64,000 bases of DNA from Thermodesulfobacteriota bacterium (GTDB lineage Bacteria; Desulfobacterota_D; UBA1144; Nemesobacterales; Nemesobacteraceae). A program made the translations under genes and the position numbers. The notes below the pieces were generated by a model. That model saw only the letters and a program-made list of their open reading frames with translations. It searched no databases and had not been told where the DNA came from. Location: contig OZ220467.1 of NCBI GenBank assembly GCA_965116075.1, positions 2,308,849-2,372,848 of the forward strand. Direction: 5' to 3'. The first letter of the stretch is position 1; each line of letters begins with the position of its first letter. This document shows, piece by piece, positions 15,520 through 25,916 of this stretch.

Positions 15520-16669
15520 GGAACTTCTGATCAACTATCCAAAATCGAACAAAAACTCCATTTTTCCATTATGACACCAAAATTGGGGTGAATTATACCC
15601 ATCTATTCGCTGTTTCTTGTCCAAATTCTGCCATTCGGCAAAATCCAGACGCACCTGTCCTACGCGGACAGCATCTTTTGGCAAGTTAACAGGTTCGTGA
15701 ATGCAGAGAGTACGGCCAATCGGTTGGCATTTTTCTCCAGACCTCGATACCTCACCTTGTCATAGCCAAACTGACGTTTGATAGTTCTGAATGAATGCTC
15801 CACTTTTGCGCGGATGCTGGCCTTGGTCTTTTCAAGAAATTGCTCCTCAGCATTCATCGTCTTGCGCCTACCCGGACGTTCAGCTATTTCCCATTTGATC
15901 TCCTTGTCCTTGAGTTCTTCACGCTTCTCAACACCCAGATAACCCGCATCACCGTAGCAAGTCACTTCCTTGCCATATAACAGGCGCTCCGTCTGGGTGA
16001 TGTCATGCACATTGGCAGCAGTGGTTTTCATGCTGTGAATAACACCCAAGGTCTCATCCACACCAATGTGCATCTTCATCCCAAAATACCATTGATTGCC
16101 TTTCTTGGTCTGGTGCATCTCCGGATCACGCTTGCCCTCTTTGTTCTTGGTTGAGGTCGGCGCTGATATAATAGTCGCATCTACTATTGTACCTTCTCGC
16201 AAAAGCAGACCATTACGTTGCAGGTGATGATTCACTTCTTTGAGGATCATCTGGCCCAACTGATGTTTCTCCAGAAGATGACGGAAGTTCAATATAGTGG
16301 TTTCATCCGGTATTGGCCCGGTCAGGCTCAGCCCAGCAAAACGGCGCATGGACTCAATCTCGTACAGCGTTTCTTCCATCGCCGGGTCGCTCAGGTTGTA
16401 GAACAACTGCATGCAGTGAACCCGTAGCATCTTTGACAGAGGATAGGGTCTACGACCTTTCCCGGGCTTCGGATAGTATTTGGCAATTTTGTTCTCTAGC
16501 TGTTTCCAAGGAATCAATTTATCCATCTGCTCAAGAAACTTCTCACGACGTGTTTTAAGCTTTTTGTAGGGATATTCTGCTACGGAGAAACTTATCTGGT
16601 TCATGGGGCCTCCTCTTAAAGTGAGTTTTTGATACTATAGCATATTTAAGGAACTTATTCAGATATTCC
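15520..16669 (-). mobile_element. IS5-family insertion sequence (about 1150 bp)
   Basis: Ends GGAACTTCTGATC.. and ..CAGATATTCC. 4-bp duplication CTAA (15516-15519 and 16670-16673) within the DUF4338 sequence ..CCTAAGTAGTG.. Confidence 0.75.
15660..16604 (-). CDS. IS5-family DDE transposase
   Basis: 314 aa with no internal stop. LRVHCMQLFYNLSDPAMEE, GTIVDATII, HIGVD and YGDAGY blocks typical of IS5-group transposases. Confidence 0.85.
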   Translation of the reverse strand: MNQISFSVAEYPYKKLKTRREKFLEQMDKLIPWKQLENKIAKYYPKPGKGRRPYPLSKMLRVHCMQLFYNLSDPAMEETLYEIESMRRFAGLSLTGPIPDETTILNFRHLLEKHQLGQMILKEVNHHLQRNGLLLREGTIVDATIISAPTSTKNKEGKRDPEMHQTKKGNQWYFGMKMHIGVDETLGVIHSMKTTAANVHDITQTERLLYGKEVTCYGDAGYLGVEKREELKDKEIKWEIAERPGRRKTMNAEEQFLEKTKASIRAKVEHSFRTIKRQFGYDKVRYRGLEKNANRLAVLSAFTNLLTCQKMLSA

Positions 16670-17372
16670 CTAAGTAGTGATAACGAGCTACAAACTCATT
16701 CCATAGTTTGCCTTGCCTGGTGCCACTGACAACAGTGTGCACCTGCAGTGGATGGACTTCATCAAGAGTCTCGGGAACCGGTAGCTTATGCGGTTCGGTG
16801 TCTGCTCCGAAGACTATAGGCTTAGCTCGGGGCGACACTCGGGTGGGTGGCGGTAACTTGATGATGCCATCCCTATGCATGGATAGCATGGTAACTCTGG
16901 CCGTCATATCCTTGAGTCCGCCATCGGGCTTGTACCACCCAATACGTCTGCAAAACTCTCTGGACAGAGCAGTCCGGTTGAGCCGCTCGGGCCCGGCTAT
17001 CAAAGCGCGTAGCAGTTTCATCTCCGCAGCCGTGAACTCACGCCCGTAGTAGCGGCACTCAACCTCGTCGGTCATGTCTTGGCGCCAAAGTCGCGCAAAC
17101 GTTGCTCACTCATTGACCATGGCAACCAAGGCGATAGATCTTCCGGAGGACTCCTGCCATCTTCCGCGCAGGCAGTCAACCACCCCTTTAGCCAACTGAG
17201 AATGTCAATACCATTCTTTGAGAGCGTTGTGTCTTTCTTTCCAGAAATATATAGAAGTTAGGTAGCAGATTGTTTATAGCGCGTAGCCCCGACTTTTCAG
17301 AAAAAAACCTTTTTATGTTAAAATGAGATTTGAACTGATTGGACCTGTACAATATCAAAGGAGGTATGGTAA

Positions 17373-19499
17373 ATGAGCGTTGACACATCGGAGTTGCCCA
17401 AAGCCATAAGAGATGAAATCGACGAATTTGAGGGGCAAATTTCCGATTACAGAAACGGGAAGATAAGCGAGGTGAAGTTCCAGAAAATAAGGCTTCAACT
17501 TGGCGTTTACGCGCAAAGGCAAGAAGGAGTCCAGATGCAAAGGATAAAGATTCCCTACGGTAAGCTCGCCTCTGACCAGTTAAGAAAACTCGCTTACGTT
17601 TCAGACAAATACGGGAGCGGTTTTTTTCATTTAACCACTCGTCAGGATGCCCAAATTTACTATATCACCCTTGAAAATGAACCCGATCTTATGAGAGAAC
17701 TTGCAAGCGTGGGGATCACCACTCGTGAAGCGTGCGGAAACACAGTAAGAAACGTTACCGCATCCCCAATAACAGGCGCATCTCCTACCGAGACATTTGA
17801 TGTGACCCCTTATGCTGAAGCGTTTAAGGAATTTATGCTGAGAAACCCGATATGTCAGAATATGGGAAGAAAATTCAAGGTATGCTTTGAAAGCAATCCA
17901 GATATTGACAATGCGGGAGTACGCATCCACGACTTGGGTTTTCGAGCAAGAATAAGAAAAGAGGATGGCAAACGGGGTTTTCAGGTTTATATAGGTGGAG
18001 GGCTAGGGGCTTCTCCGTCACTCGGCCATCTATGGACTGAGTTTATGCCAGTCGAGGAAATGATACCGTTTTCAGCGGCAGTTGTTAGGGTGTTTGACAG
18101 ACACGGAGAGAGAAAAGTGCGGATGAAGGCCAGAATGAAATTTCTGCTGAGAAAACTTGGCTTTGAAAAATTCAGGAAAGTCATTGAAGAGGAAAGAGCC
18201 GCTTTGAAGGTAGATCCTTCTTGGAACAACTATCTAAACAAAATAGAACGTGACCACGAAACTCCAACATACGATGAGCGTAAGTTCCCCAAAGCCTCAT
18301 TCAGTGAAGATGAAAACCCAGACTTTCTAGTTTGGAAGAAAAAAAACGTCTCCCCGGCTAACTCGCATGAGTATTCAATTGTAAACGTCAGAGTGCTCCT
18401 TGGAGATGTATCTTCTGATACCGCCCGCGCGCTTGCCGACATCGTGGATACCTATGCCGACGGGCAGGCTCGAATAACGATTCAGCAAAATTTTGTAATT
18501 AGATGGGTTCCTAATAAAGCGCTTACATCTCTTTATTTAGAACTTGAAAAAGTTGGGCTGTCCGAATCGGGCGCAGACACTTTTGAGGACATAACAGCTT
18601 GCCCTGGAGCCGACACTTGCCGTTTAGGAATCACCTCTGCCAAAGGGCTTGCGACTAAACTCACAGGAATGATGGAAAATGGCCTGGGAAAATATAAGAA
18701 CACTCTTTCTGACCTGAGAATAAAGATTTCAGGTTGCCCTAATTCCTGTGCCCAACACGTCTCAGCAAATATAGGCTTTCAGGGAGCATCAATAACAAGA
18801 GAGGGAAGAAGCGTACCCGCTGAGATGCTCTACTTAGGTGGGGGGCTATACGGAGACGAATCTCGCCTTGCTATGCCTGTTACCAAGATACCTACGAGAA
18901 ATGCCCCGAAGGTCGTCCAGAGACTACTTGAGATATATGAAAAGGAGAAAACAGACGGCGAGCATTTTGACCTTACAATGAAAAGGCTTGGAGCTAAATA
19001 TATAAAACAGGCAATTTCAGAGTTCAACGAAATACCATCTTACGAACAAGAACCGGATTTCTATAAAGATTGGGGACACGAGGAAGACAAGTTCGCCGTT
19101 CAGCAAGGAATGAAGGGAGAATGCGCTGGGATTACCGTAGAAGAAAAAATTCCCGTATTTTCTAATGCTGAGCGCCGCCTTGAGCAAGCCCAGGCCCTGT
19201 TTCTCCATGGCGACTATCAAGGTTGCATAAATGAACTTTACCTTGCGTGCTCAGATAGCGCTCACGTCCCCTTGTATGCAAAACTTATTGATCCGTTCAC
19301 GCCGGAGCAAACCATATGGGAATTTGAAAATCTTGTGGTAAGAACTGGAGAGACCGATGAGAAATGGATTGACGTATCGCAAAGATTAAGCGAATACAAA
19401 AACTCCGAGCCCTCAGCCACAACCGCTATAGAGTTCCTTGAAGTCGCAAAGCAGTTCCATGCCGAGTGCGAGAAGGTTCAGCAACAACTGAGCATGTAA
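17373..19499 (+). CDS. Ferredoxin-type sulfite/nitrite reductase (siroheme/4Fe-4S) with ~140-aa helical C-terminal extension
   Basis: 708 aa, with AGGAGG upstream. Cys motifs TREACGNTVRN and CPGADTCRLG..GCPNSCAQH. Confidence 0.8.
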   Translation: MSVDTSELPKAIRDEIDEFEGQISDYRNGKISEVKFQKIRLQLGVYAQRQEGVQMQRIKIPYGKLASDQLRKLAYVSDKYGSGFFHLTTRQDAQIYYITLENEPDLMRELASVGITTREACGNTVRNVTASPITGASPTETFDVTPYAEAFKEFMLRNPICQNMGRKFKVCFESNPDIDNAGVRIHDLGFRARIRKEDGKRGFQVYIGGGLGASPSLGHLWTEFMPVEEMIPFSAAVVRVFDRHGERKVRMKARMKFLLRKLGFEKFRKVIEEERAALKVDPSWNNYLNKIERDHETPTYDERKFPKASFSEDENPDFLVWKKKNVSPANSHEYSIVNVRVLLGDVSSDTARALADIVDTYADGQARITIQQNFVIRWVPNKALTSLYLELEKVGLSESGADTFEDITACPGADTCRLGITSAKGLATKLTGMMENGLGKYKNTLSDLRIKISGCPNSCAQHVSANIGFQGASITREGRSVPAEMLYLGGGLYGDESRLAMPVTKIPTRNAPKVVQRLLEIYEKEKTDGEHFDLTMKRLGAKYIKQAISEFNEIPSYEQEPDFYKDWGHEEDKFAVQQGMKGECAGITVEEKIPVFSNAERRLEQAQALFLHGDYQGCINELYLACSDSAHVPLYAKLIDPFTPEQTIWEFENLVVRTGETDEKWIDVSQRLSEYKNSEPSATTAIEFLEVAKQFHAECEKVQQQLSM

Positions 19500-19513
19500 A
19501 AGCAAGTATAGAG

Positions 19514-19948
19514 TTAATATCCCCCAGTTATATATTTTCTGAGCGCATCAATCTCAAACTTCTGCCGGGAAATAATGTGATTTATTATATCACCAGACGT
19601 AACCATTCCGTACAGTTTTCCGTCTTCTATAACTGGAAGGTGCCTTATTCTGCTATTCGTCATTACGGCCATGCTATCCTGAATGGAATCATCAGGAGAG
19701 GCGTAAATAACATCCTTAATCATCAGTTCTCTTACTTTAGTAGATGATGATGACCTTTTCTGAAGGATTACCTTCCTTGCATAATCACGCTCGGAGAATA
19801 TTCCCACAACCCTCTCTCCCTCAACGACAACCAGAGCTCCTATTTCCTTCTCCGCAAGAACCTCAAGAGCTCTATATACAGTCTCTTCAGGTCCTATCGT
19901 CCATACGTCATGACTCTTATTCTTGAGTATATGTCTAATATTGTCCAT
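19514..19948 (-). CDS. CBS-domain pair protein
   Basis: 144 aa with two CBS-like repeats (GALVVVE.. and IRHLPVIEDGKLYGMVT). Confidence 0.75.
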   Translation of the reverse strand: MDNIRHILKNKSHDVWTIGPEETVYRALEVLAEKEIGALVVVEGERVVGIFSERDYARKVILQKRSSSSTKVRELMIKDVIYASPDDSIQDSMAVMTNSRIRHLPVIEDGKLYGMVTSGDIINHIISRQKFEIDALRKYITGGY

Positions 19949-20179
19949 GGTGACACCTTACTACATATTCTTATATTCTGATTATATAGGTTTTGACCCT
20001 CAAAACAAACTATTTTTTTAGTGGTCGACTCTGAAAACCCCTGCGAACACCTTGTAAAACAAACTCAAGAAAAGATATTGTCTCCGCAAAATACAGTATT
20101 GTTCCATTGTTTGTGTAATATTACATATGTTATTTGTCGATGAAAATTAAGATGATCTCAGCATAAGCACGTGCTCAAG

Positions 20180-20887
20180 ATGACTAGAACTGAAGAACTA
20201 AAAAAAGATGCAGGCATAAGAGCCGTTGATCATTTGTACTCCGGAATGCTTGTCGGTCTTGGCACGGGTTCAACATCTGAGTTTGCGATAAAAGAACTTT
20301 CCAAACGTGTAGAAAAAGGTCAACTTACCCGCATATCTTGCGTCCCTAGTTCTAAAAGAACAGAAAAACTTGCAAAGACTCTAGGACTTAAACTTGTTAA
20401 GCTCAAATCAGGACAAAAAATCGACATAAATATTGACGGAGCTGATGAAATAGATCCAAATTTCGACCTTATAAAAGGCGGTGGAGGTGCGCTTCTACGG
20501 GAAAAAGTTTTGGCTCAGAACAGCAAAAAAAACATAATCATCGTCGACGAATCAAAGCTTTCTGAATACTTAGGCACAAAATTTGCGCTTCCAATCGAAG
20601 TAATTGAATTTGCCCTAGAAGTTGAGAAAAATTATCTGGAAAGTTTAGGAGGAAAAACACGACTTAGACTTGCAAAGGACGGTTCCCCTTTTCTTACTGA
20701 CCAGCAAAATCTTATCATTGACTGGGACTGTGGAGAGATAACGGACCCAGTCGGTCTTGCAGAAAAACTGTCAAACAGAGCCGGGATAGTAGAGCACGGT
20801 CTTTTTATAGAAACCGCAGATTACGTAATAATAAGTTTTTCTCAAGAGGCGAGACTTCACCCGCTGAGTACCATCTTCGGTCTCTGA
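20180..20887 (+). CDS. rpiA: Ribose-5-phosphate isomerase A
   Basis: GLGTGSTSEF, DGADEID and KGGGGALLREK motifs. The start is either the ATG at 20180 or the GTG at 20171. Confidence 0.9.
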   Translation: MTRTEELKKDAGIRAVDHLYSGMLVGLGTGSTSEFAIKELSKRVEKGQLTRISCVPSSKRTEKLAKTLGLKLVKLKSGQKIDINIDGADEIDPNFDLIKGGGGALLREKVLAQNSKKNIIIVDESKLSEYLGTKFALPIEVIEFALEVEKNYLESLGGKTRLRLAKDGSPFLTDQQNLIIDWDCGEITDPVGLAEKLSNRAGIVEHGLFIETADYVIISFSQEARLHPLSTIFGL

Positions 20888-20903
20888 CAAATCGGCGAAA
20901 AGC

Positions 20904-22631
20904 TTAGGTCGTGTTAAAAAACTCTCTTATCTTCTGTACATCAGACGAGACTTCAGGGGAAATGCCAATTCTCACCACATCTCTTCCTTTCTCATCAAGA
21001 GATCTAAAATCGCCCCTAGCCTGTGCCACTTTGAGTATCTCAAAAGAGAATGACGATGACTGAGACCCTACTTCGTCCGCCGGGATGGAAAGGTCGGTTG
21101 CGTTGCGGCTTACTATCTGAATAAAGAATCCTCTCCCCGAATCTCCCTTGTGAAGTTGTCCCGTTGAGTGAAGAAACCTTGGGCCAAAACCCAGAGTGAC
21201 TGGTACAGAGGAATTTCTTTCAATTTCTGCACGAAGAGATAAAAGATTCTTTGAGTTTTCTTCTCCATGATCAACGTAAGCCTGAATTGATATGTAGCCG
21301 TCTGTTTTCAAGCGGACGAGTTGCGCTAACTGTTGTGATGATTCTAGATTTATATTGCTTGAAAAAAGAAGTCCATCTGAGAAAAAATCTGACTCTATGT
21401 CCTCTACTCTTCCAGTCTCTTTGTACAGGTTAAGAATGCTTCTGGCAAAAAACTTGGCCGACTCAACATCAGGTTGGTCAAAGGGATTTATACCCATAAT
21501 GCTCCCGGCAACCGCAACGGCAAACTCAAGACGCAAAAATTCAGCAGATACAGACATCGGTTCATGAAGATCTATTTTAACAAAAGGAACCCCTGATGCT
21601 TCAAGAGATCCCGCAACAGCATCCACCGCTTCATCAACTCCCAAAGAAAAAAGCGCATAAACTTTGTCTTTTTTTCTGAGAGACAATGCGGAAAACCGCT
21701 CATCCAAAAGAGGTAGAATCCCAACTCCGTTTTTACCTAAACTTTCCGCAATTAACTGTTCGACCCAGTATCCAAAAGGAAAAATCTTCTCTGAAAAAAC
21801 AAAACCCAATTTGTCCTTGCCCGCTCTCGCCGCAACACCCAAGAAAGTCCCTAAGCGAAAAGAGGTGTTTTCACGCAAGCGACCCTCTTTTGGTACTTTT
21901 TTAAGATCGTAAAGCACCTCTGCCGCTAAACCCAGTACTTTTTTTATATCAATTCCCGTAAGAGATGCCGGAACAAGTCCAAAATATGAAAGCACGCTAA
22001 ACCTTCCTCCAACATTTGGGTCATTTATAAACACCTTGGCGAAGTTATGATTGCGAGCTGTATCCGCAAGCGTAGATCCGGGATCGGTTATGCAAACAAA
22101 ATGTTTTCCAGCAGAATCCGTGATTTTCTCAAGCTCTCTGTAAAAGTATTTCATCAAGGAGATAGTCTCTACAGTAGAGCCTGACTTGGATGAGACAATA
22201 AATAGGGTTTTCTGAAGATCTAGGCTTCTACTCGCTCTGAGAATGAAATCCGGGTCAGTAGTATCAACAAGCGCAAGACGCATGAAGCCGTGGCTGGCAG
22301 GGAATACGCTTCGAAACACCTCAGAGGAAAGGCTTGATCCTCCCATCCCAAGAACGACTACGTCTGTAAACCCTTTTTTTCTTACAGATTCAGAGAAACT
22401 GTCTATTTCTTCCACGGCTGAGAGCATTTGTTTTGGAAGACTTAGCCAACCAAGACGGTTTGATATCTCTGTGGGGTCATCTCCCCAGAGCGTGTGATCG
22501 GAGGAAAAGATTCTCTGAGCGAATTCTTCTTTTTCAAGCTCAGAAAGTTCAACCTCTATTGATTCTTTTAGATTTCCCGCAAACTCACGGTAACCCGGAG
22601 CGTTAAAATCGGTTGCTTTCCGTTCAGACAT
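20904..22631 (-). CDS. pgi: Glucose-6-phosphate isomerase (PGI family, long form)
   Basis: 575 aa. GMGGSSL, SKSGSTVET and GGRFSVLS motifs. Confidence 0.8.
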   Translation of the reverse strand: MSERKATDFNAPGYREFAGNLKESIEVELSELEKEEFAQRIFSSDHTLWGDDPTEISNRLGWLSLPKQMLSAVEEIDSFSESVRKKGFTDVVVLGMGGSSLSSEVFRSVFPASHGFMRLALVDTTDPDFILRASRSLDLQKTLFIVSSKSGSTVETISLMKYFYRELEKITDSAGKHFVCITDPGSTLADTARNHNFAKVFINDPNVGGRFSVLSYFGLVPASLTGIDIKKVLGLAAEVLYDLKKVPKEGRLRENTSFRLGTFLGVAARAGKDKLGFVFSEKIFPFGYWVEQLIAESLGKNGVGILPLLDERFSALSLRKKDKVYALFSLGVDEAVDAVAGSLEASGVPFVKIDLHEPMSVSAEFLRLEFAVAVAGSIMGINPFDQPDVESAKFFARSILNLYKETGRVEDIESDFFSDGLLFSSNINLESSQQLAQLVRLKTDGYISIQAYVDHGEENSKNLLSLRAEIERNSSVPVTLGFGPRFLHSTGQLHKGDSGRGFFIQIVSRNATDLSIPADEVGSQSSSFSFEILKVAQARGDFRSLDEKGRDVVRIGISPEVSSDVQKIREFFNTT

Positions 22632-22634
22632 GGG

Positions 22635-24629
22635 TCAGTCTCTCAAAAGCCGAAGACTTTCTTCTAGGATATTTTCCGCATTGAAGCCAAAATTATTCAT
22701 AACGTCGCGGTACGGAGCTGATTCTCCAAAACAGTCTATTCCGTAGGATTTAGATAAAGGACCAGAGCCAGTGAATTTTTCCCATCCCATAGTCGCTGCG
22801 GCTTCAACGCTCATTCTCACTTTGACAGACGGGGGCAAAACGCTATCTCTGTATTTCTGCGTTTGTCTCTGGAAAAGGCTCCAGCATGGAATACTTATAA
22901 CTCTTGAATTTACTCCCATCTCTCGCAGTTTTTCATAGACCTCAAGACAGATATGAACCTCAGAACCGGTGGATATAAGTATAATGTCAGCATCCTTGTC
23001 AGAGTCCGCTATAGTGTAACCACCCATGAGAGCGCCTTGCGCTGAGGCGTAGCGACCTCTGTCTATAACGGGAACGTTCTGCCTTGTCAGAACAAGCGCT
23101 GCGGGACGATCAGAAAGCCCCATAACATGTTTCCAGAGCACTGAAAGTTCATTTGCGTCGCAGGGACGGATAACGTCTATATTCGGAATCACTCTGAGCG
23201 CCGCAAGATGCTCAATGGGCTGGTGAGTAGGTCCATCTTCTCCCACTCCTATGCTGTCGTGGGTGAAAATATAAAGAACCGGCAATTTCATCAAAGCCGC
23301 AAGTCTTATTGAGGGCTTCATGTAATCGGAGAATACGAAATAAGTTGAAGCGTAAGATCTGAGGCCACTTAAGCACATCCCATTTGCTATGGCGGCCATC
23401 GCATGTTCCCTTACTCCAAAATGAAAGTTCCTTCCCTGACGATTCTCTGCAGAAAAACTGGTGGCGTTGTTAAGATAGGTTTTTGTCGAGGAACCTACAT
23501 CTGCCGCTCCACCCATAAACCACGGAACCTTTGAGCCTATGGAATTTAAAACATTTGAGTTAGAAGAGCGCGTCGCAATCGGACCAGAAGAAGATGGAAA
23601 AAATGGAAGGTCACTATCCCATCCCTTGGGCAGACGTCTTTTCTTAATCATTTCAAACTCCTCTGCAAGTTCCGGATATTCAACAGAGTATTTGCCGAAC
23701 ATCTCCATCCACTCTGTTTCTAACTTACTTCCTTTCTTCTTCACTTTATCTATGTAATGAAGGACTTTCTCCGGAACATGAAAATTCTCTTGCGTATCCC
23801 AGCCATAAAACTGTTTTGCGAGCGTCACCTCATCTTGGCCAAGTGGCGCTCCATGGGCTTCGCAGGTATTTTGCTTGTTGGGACTTCCATACGCTATTTC
23901 GCTTTTAAGTATGATTATGGAAGGCTTTTGAGTCTCTTGCTTTGCCAGTCGTAAAGACTCCTCTATCTCTTGGAGATTGTTCGAGTCAGAAACTGTCTGC
24001 GTGTGCCAGTTGTAGGAACCAAAGCGCATCGCAGTATTTTCAGAATATGAAAGGTCTGTGCTACCTTCAATGGTAATTTTGTTGCTGTCATATATCCAGA
24101 TCAGATTCCCAAGACCCAAATGTCCCGCTATAGAAGCTGCTTCTGAGGAAATCCCCTCCATCATATCACCATCGCTACAAATTGAATAAACATGGTAATC
24201 AATGATGTCATAACCCGGTCGATTGAAATGTTCAGAAAGCCATCTCCCCGCTATCGCCATTCCCACAGAATTTGAAACTCCTTGACCAAGTGGACCTGTG
24301 GTGGTTTCCACTCCCGAGGTGATCTCAAACTCCGGATGACCGGGACAACGACTGTGAAGCCTTCGGAAATTCTTTATGTCTTCAATTGAGACGTTATACC
24401 CGTTTACGTACAAAGACGCATAGAGAAGCATTGATGCGTGGCCTGCAGACAGAACAAAACGGTCACGGTTTGGCCAGTGTGGATTTGTGGGATTATGACG
24501 AATAAATTTGTCAAAAAGCAGAAAAGTCACAGGCGCAAGGGACATAGGAGTCCCTGGATGTCCTGATTTGGCATTTTCCACAGCATCCATCGCAAGCGTT
24601 CTGATGCAGTTGATTACAACACTATCCAA
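22635..24629 (-). CDS. tkt: Transketolase
   Basis: 664 aa. SGHPGTPMS, LSAGHASMLLY, GDGDMMEG-like (SDGDMMEG) and THDSIGVGEDGPTHQPIEH. Confidence 0.95.
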   Translation of the reverse strand: MDSVVINCIRTLAMDAVENAKSGHPGTPMSLAPVTFLLFDKFIRHNPTNPHWPNRDRFVLSAGHASMLLYASLYVNGYNVSIEDIKNFRRLHSRCPGHPEFEITSGVETTTGPLGQGVSNSVGMAIAGRWLSEHFNRPGYDIIDYHVYSICSDGDMMEGISSEAASIAGHLGLGNLIWIYDSNKITIEGSTDLSYSENTAMRFGSYNWHTQTVSDSNNLQEIEESLRLAKQETQKPSIIILKSEIAYGSPNKQNTCEAHGAPLGQDEVTLAKQFYGWDTQENFHVPEKVLHYIDKVKKKGSKLETEWMEMFGKYSVEYPELAEEFEMIKKRRLPKGWDSDLPFFPSSSGPIATRSSNSNVLNSIGSKVPWFMGGAADVGSSTKTYLNNATSFSAENRQGRNFHFGVREHAMAAIANGMCLSGLRSYASTYFVFSDYMKPSIRLAALMKLPVLYIFTHDSIGVGEDGPTHQPIEHLAALRVIPNIDVIRPCDANELSVLWKHVMGLSDRPAALVLTRQNVPVIDRGRYASAQGALMGGYTIADSDKDADIILISTGSEVHICLEVYEKLREMGVNSRVISIPCWSLFQRQTQKYRDSVLPPSVKVRMSVEAAATMGWEKFTGSGPLSKSYGIDCFGESAPYRDVMNNFGFNAENILEESLRLLRD

Positions 24630-24831
24630 ATTGTCTGTCCTCAGGTGGAATAGGTCTGCAAATATAAAAGCGTCTTATGCGTGACTTGGATCAATATGAA
24701 AACAGCCGGGGTTTCGCTTGCGCTTGCTGTTTTAAGTTTACTAATAATAAGTAATTGGGATAATATTTCAACTATATTGAAGCGGTTTTCACGTTGTCCG
24801 CGTGATAAAAACCGCAGTTTTCCACACAAAA

Positions 24832-25542
24832 ATGAAAAAAGCGGCTTTAGTGACAGGAGGAGCAGTGAGAATAGGCAAGGCCATCTGTCTTAACCTTGCG
24901 GAAAAAGGCTATGATATAGCGCTTCACTACAACTCCTCAAAAAAGGATGCTTTGGAAACAAAAAAACAGATAGAACAGTATGGGGTGGGCTGCGAACTTT
25001 TCAAATACGACCTGTCTTCTCCTAGCGCAGAAAAACTGGTTATACAGGTCCTTGAAAAATTCCCGAAACTTTGCGTTCTTGTAAACAATGCGTCTGTTTT
25101 TGAGGATGTGGGATTTTTTGATGTGACACCTGAATTTCTGGAGACAGATTTAACTATAAACTTCAAGGCGCCGTTCTTTCTTTCTCAGTCTTTTGCCAAA
25201 AATATAGAGAGTGGAGTTATAGTGAATTTTCTTGACATGAGGATAAGAAAGATTCCTTCACAACATTTTTGCTATAATCTCAGTAAACAGTGTCTTTACC
25301 ATCTGACCAAAATGCTCGCAAAAGAACTTGCTCCTAATTTTAGGATAAACGCGGTGTGTCCCGGAACAATTCTCGCGCCACCGGGAAAAGATAAAAAATA
25401 TGTTGAGAAAATGGCGAAGAAAACACCGATGAAACGTACCGGCAGTCTTGAGAACATAACAAACGCGGTCAACTACCTATTAGAAAACGATTACGTAACC
25501 GGAGAGTGTCTTTTCGTTGATGGGGGCATAAGCCTCACTTGA
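24832..25542 (+). CDS. SDR-family oxidoreductase (possibly pteridine reductase-like, given the folB neighbour)
   Basis: TGGAVRIGKA glycine motif and a YNLSK catalytic region. Ends 4 nt before folB. The ATG at 24832 is preferred over the GTG at 24802. Confidence 0.75.
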   Translation: MKKAALVTGGAVRIGKAICLNLAEKGYDIALHYNSSKKDALETKKQIEQYGVGCELFKYDLSSPSAEKLVIQVLEKFPKLCVLVNNASVFEDVGFFDVTPEFLETDLTINFKAPFFLSQSFAKNIESGVIVNFLDMRIRKIPSQHFCYNLSKQCLYHLTKMLAKELAPNFRINAVCPGTILAPPGKDKKYVEKMAKKTPMKRTGSLENITNAVNYLLENDYVTGECLFVDGGISLT

Positions 25543-25546
25543 AAAA

Positions 25547-25897
25547 ATGATAATAAAAATTGAAAACCTGAGACTTCGCACAATAGTCGGAATCTATGAC
25601 TGGGAGAAAAAGGAAAAACAAGATCTGGTCATAAACGTAACTATTAAGTTTGACGGTGGGCGGGCCAGGATAACTGATAGTATTGAAGACACCGTTGACT
25701 ATAAATCCGTAAATAAAAAGATCATAAGTTTCGTAGAAACAAACAACTTTAACCTGCTTGAAAGGATTGCAGGAGGCATATGCGATATATCTCTTGAATG
25801 TCCGAAGGTAAAAAAAGTGTCGGTCAAGGTAGAAAAACCTGGAGCGCTCAGGTTTGCAGACTCTGTGTCAGTAACAGAAACAAAAAAGCAGGGATAA
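25547..25897 (+). CDS. folB: Dihydroneopterin aldolase
   Basis: 116 aa. IVGIYDWEKKEKQDLVINV.., DTVDYKSV and LLERIA blocks. Confidence 0.8.
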   Translation: MIIKIENLRLRTIVGIYDWEKKEKQDLVINVTIKFDGGRARITDSIEDTVDYKSVNKKIISFVETNNFNLLERIAGGICDISLECPKVKKVSVKVEKPGALRFADSVSVTETKKQG

Positions 25898-25916
25898 GCA
25901 CCGACTACAATCGTTA

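Larger units (their letters stand above)
15028..17075 (-). pseudogene. DUF4338-like gene interrupted by an IS5-family element (copy III)
   Basis: The N-terminal part is ORF 16659..17075 and the C-terminal part is ORF 15028..15534. Both are collinear with the intact copy at 31789-32682. Confidence 0.8.
15005..17227 (-). mobile_element. IS66-like element, copy III (truncated; only the DUF4338 gene and the last ~50 transposase codons remain)
   Basis: Begins with GTAAGCGTTCGTTCAAGGGGTG. Homology to copy I stops at 17227 (..TTTGAGAGCGT). It contains an IS5-family insertion. Confidence 0.75.
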
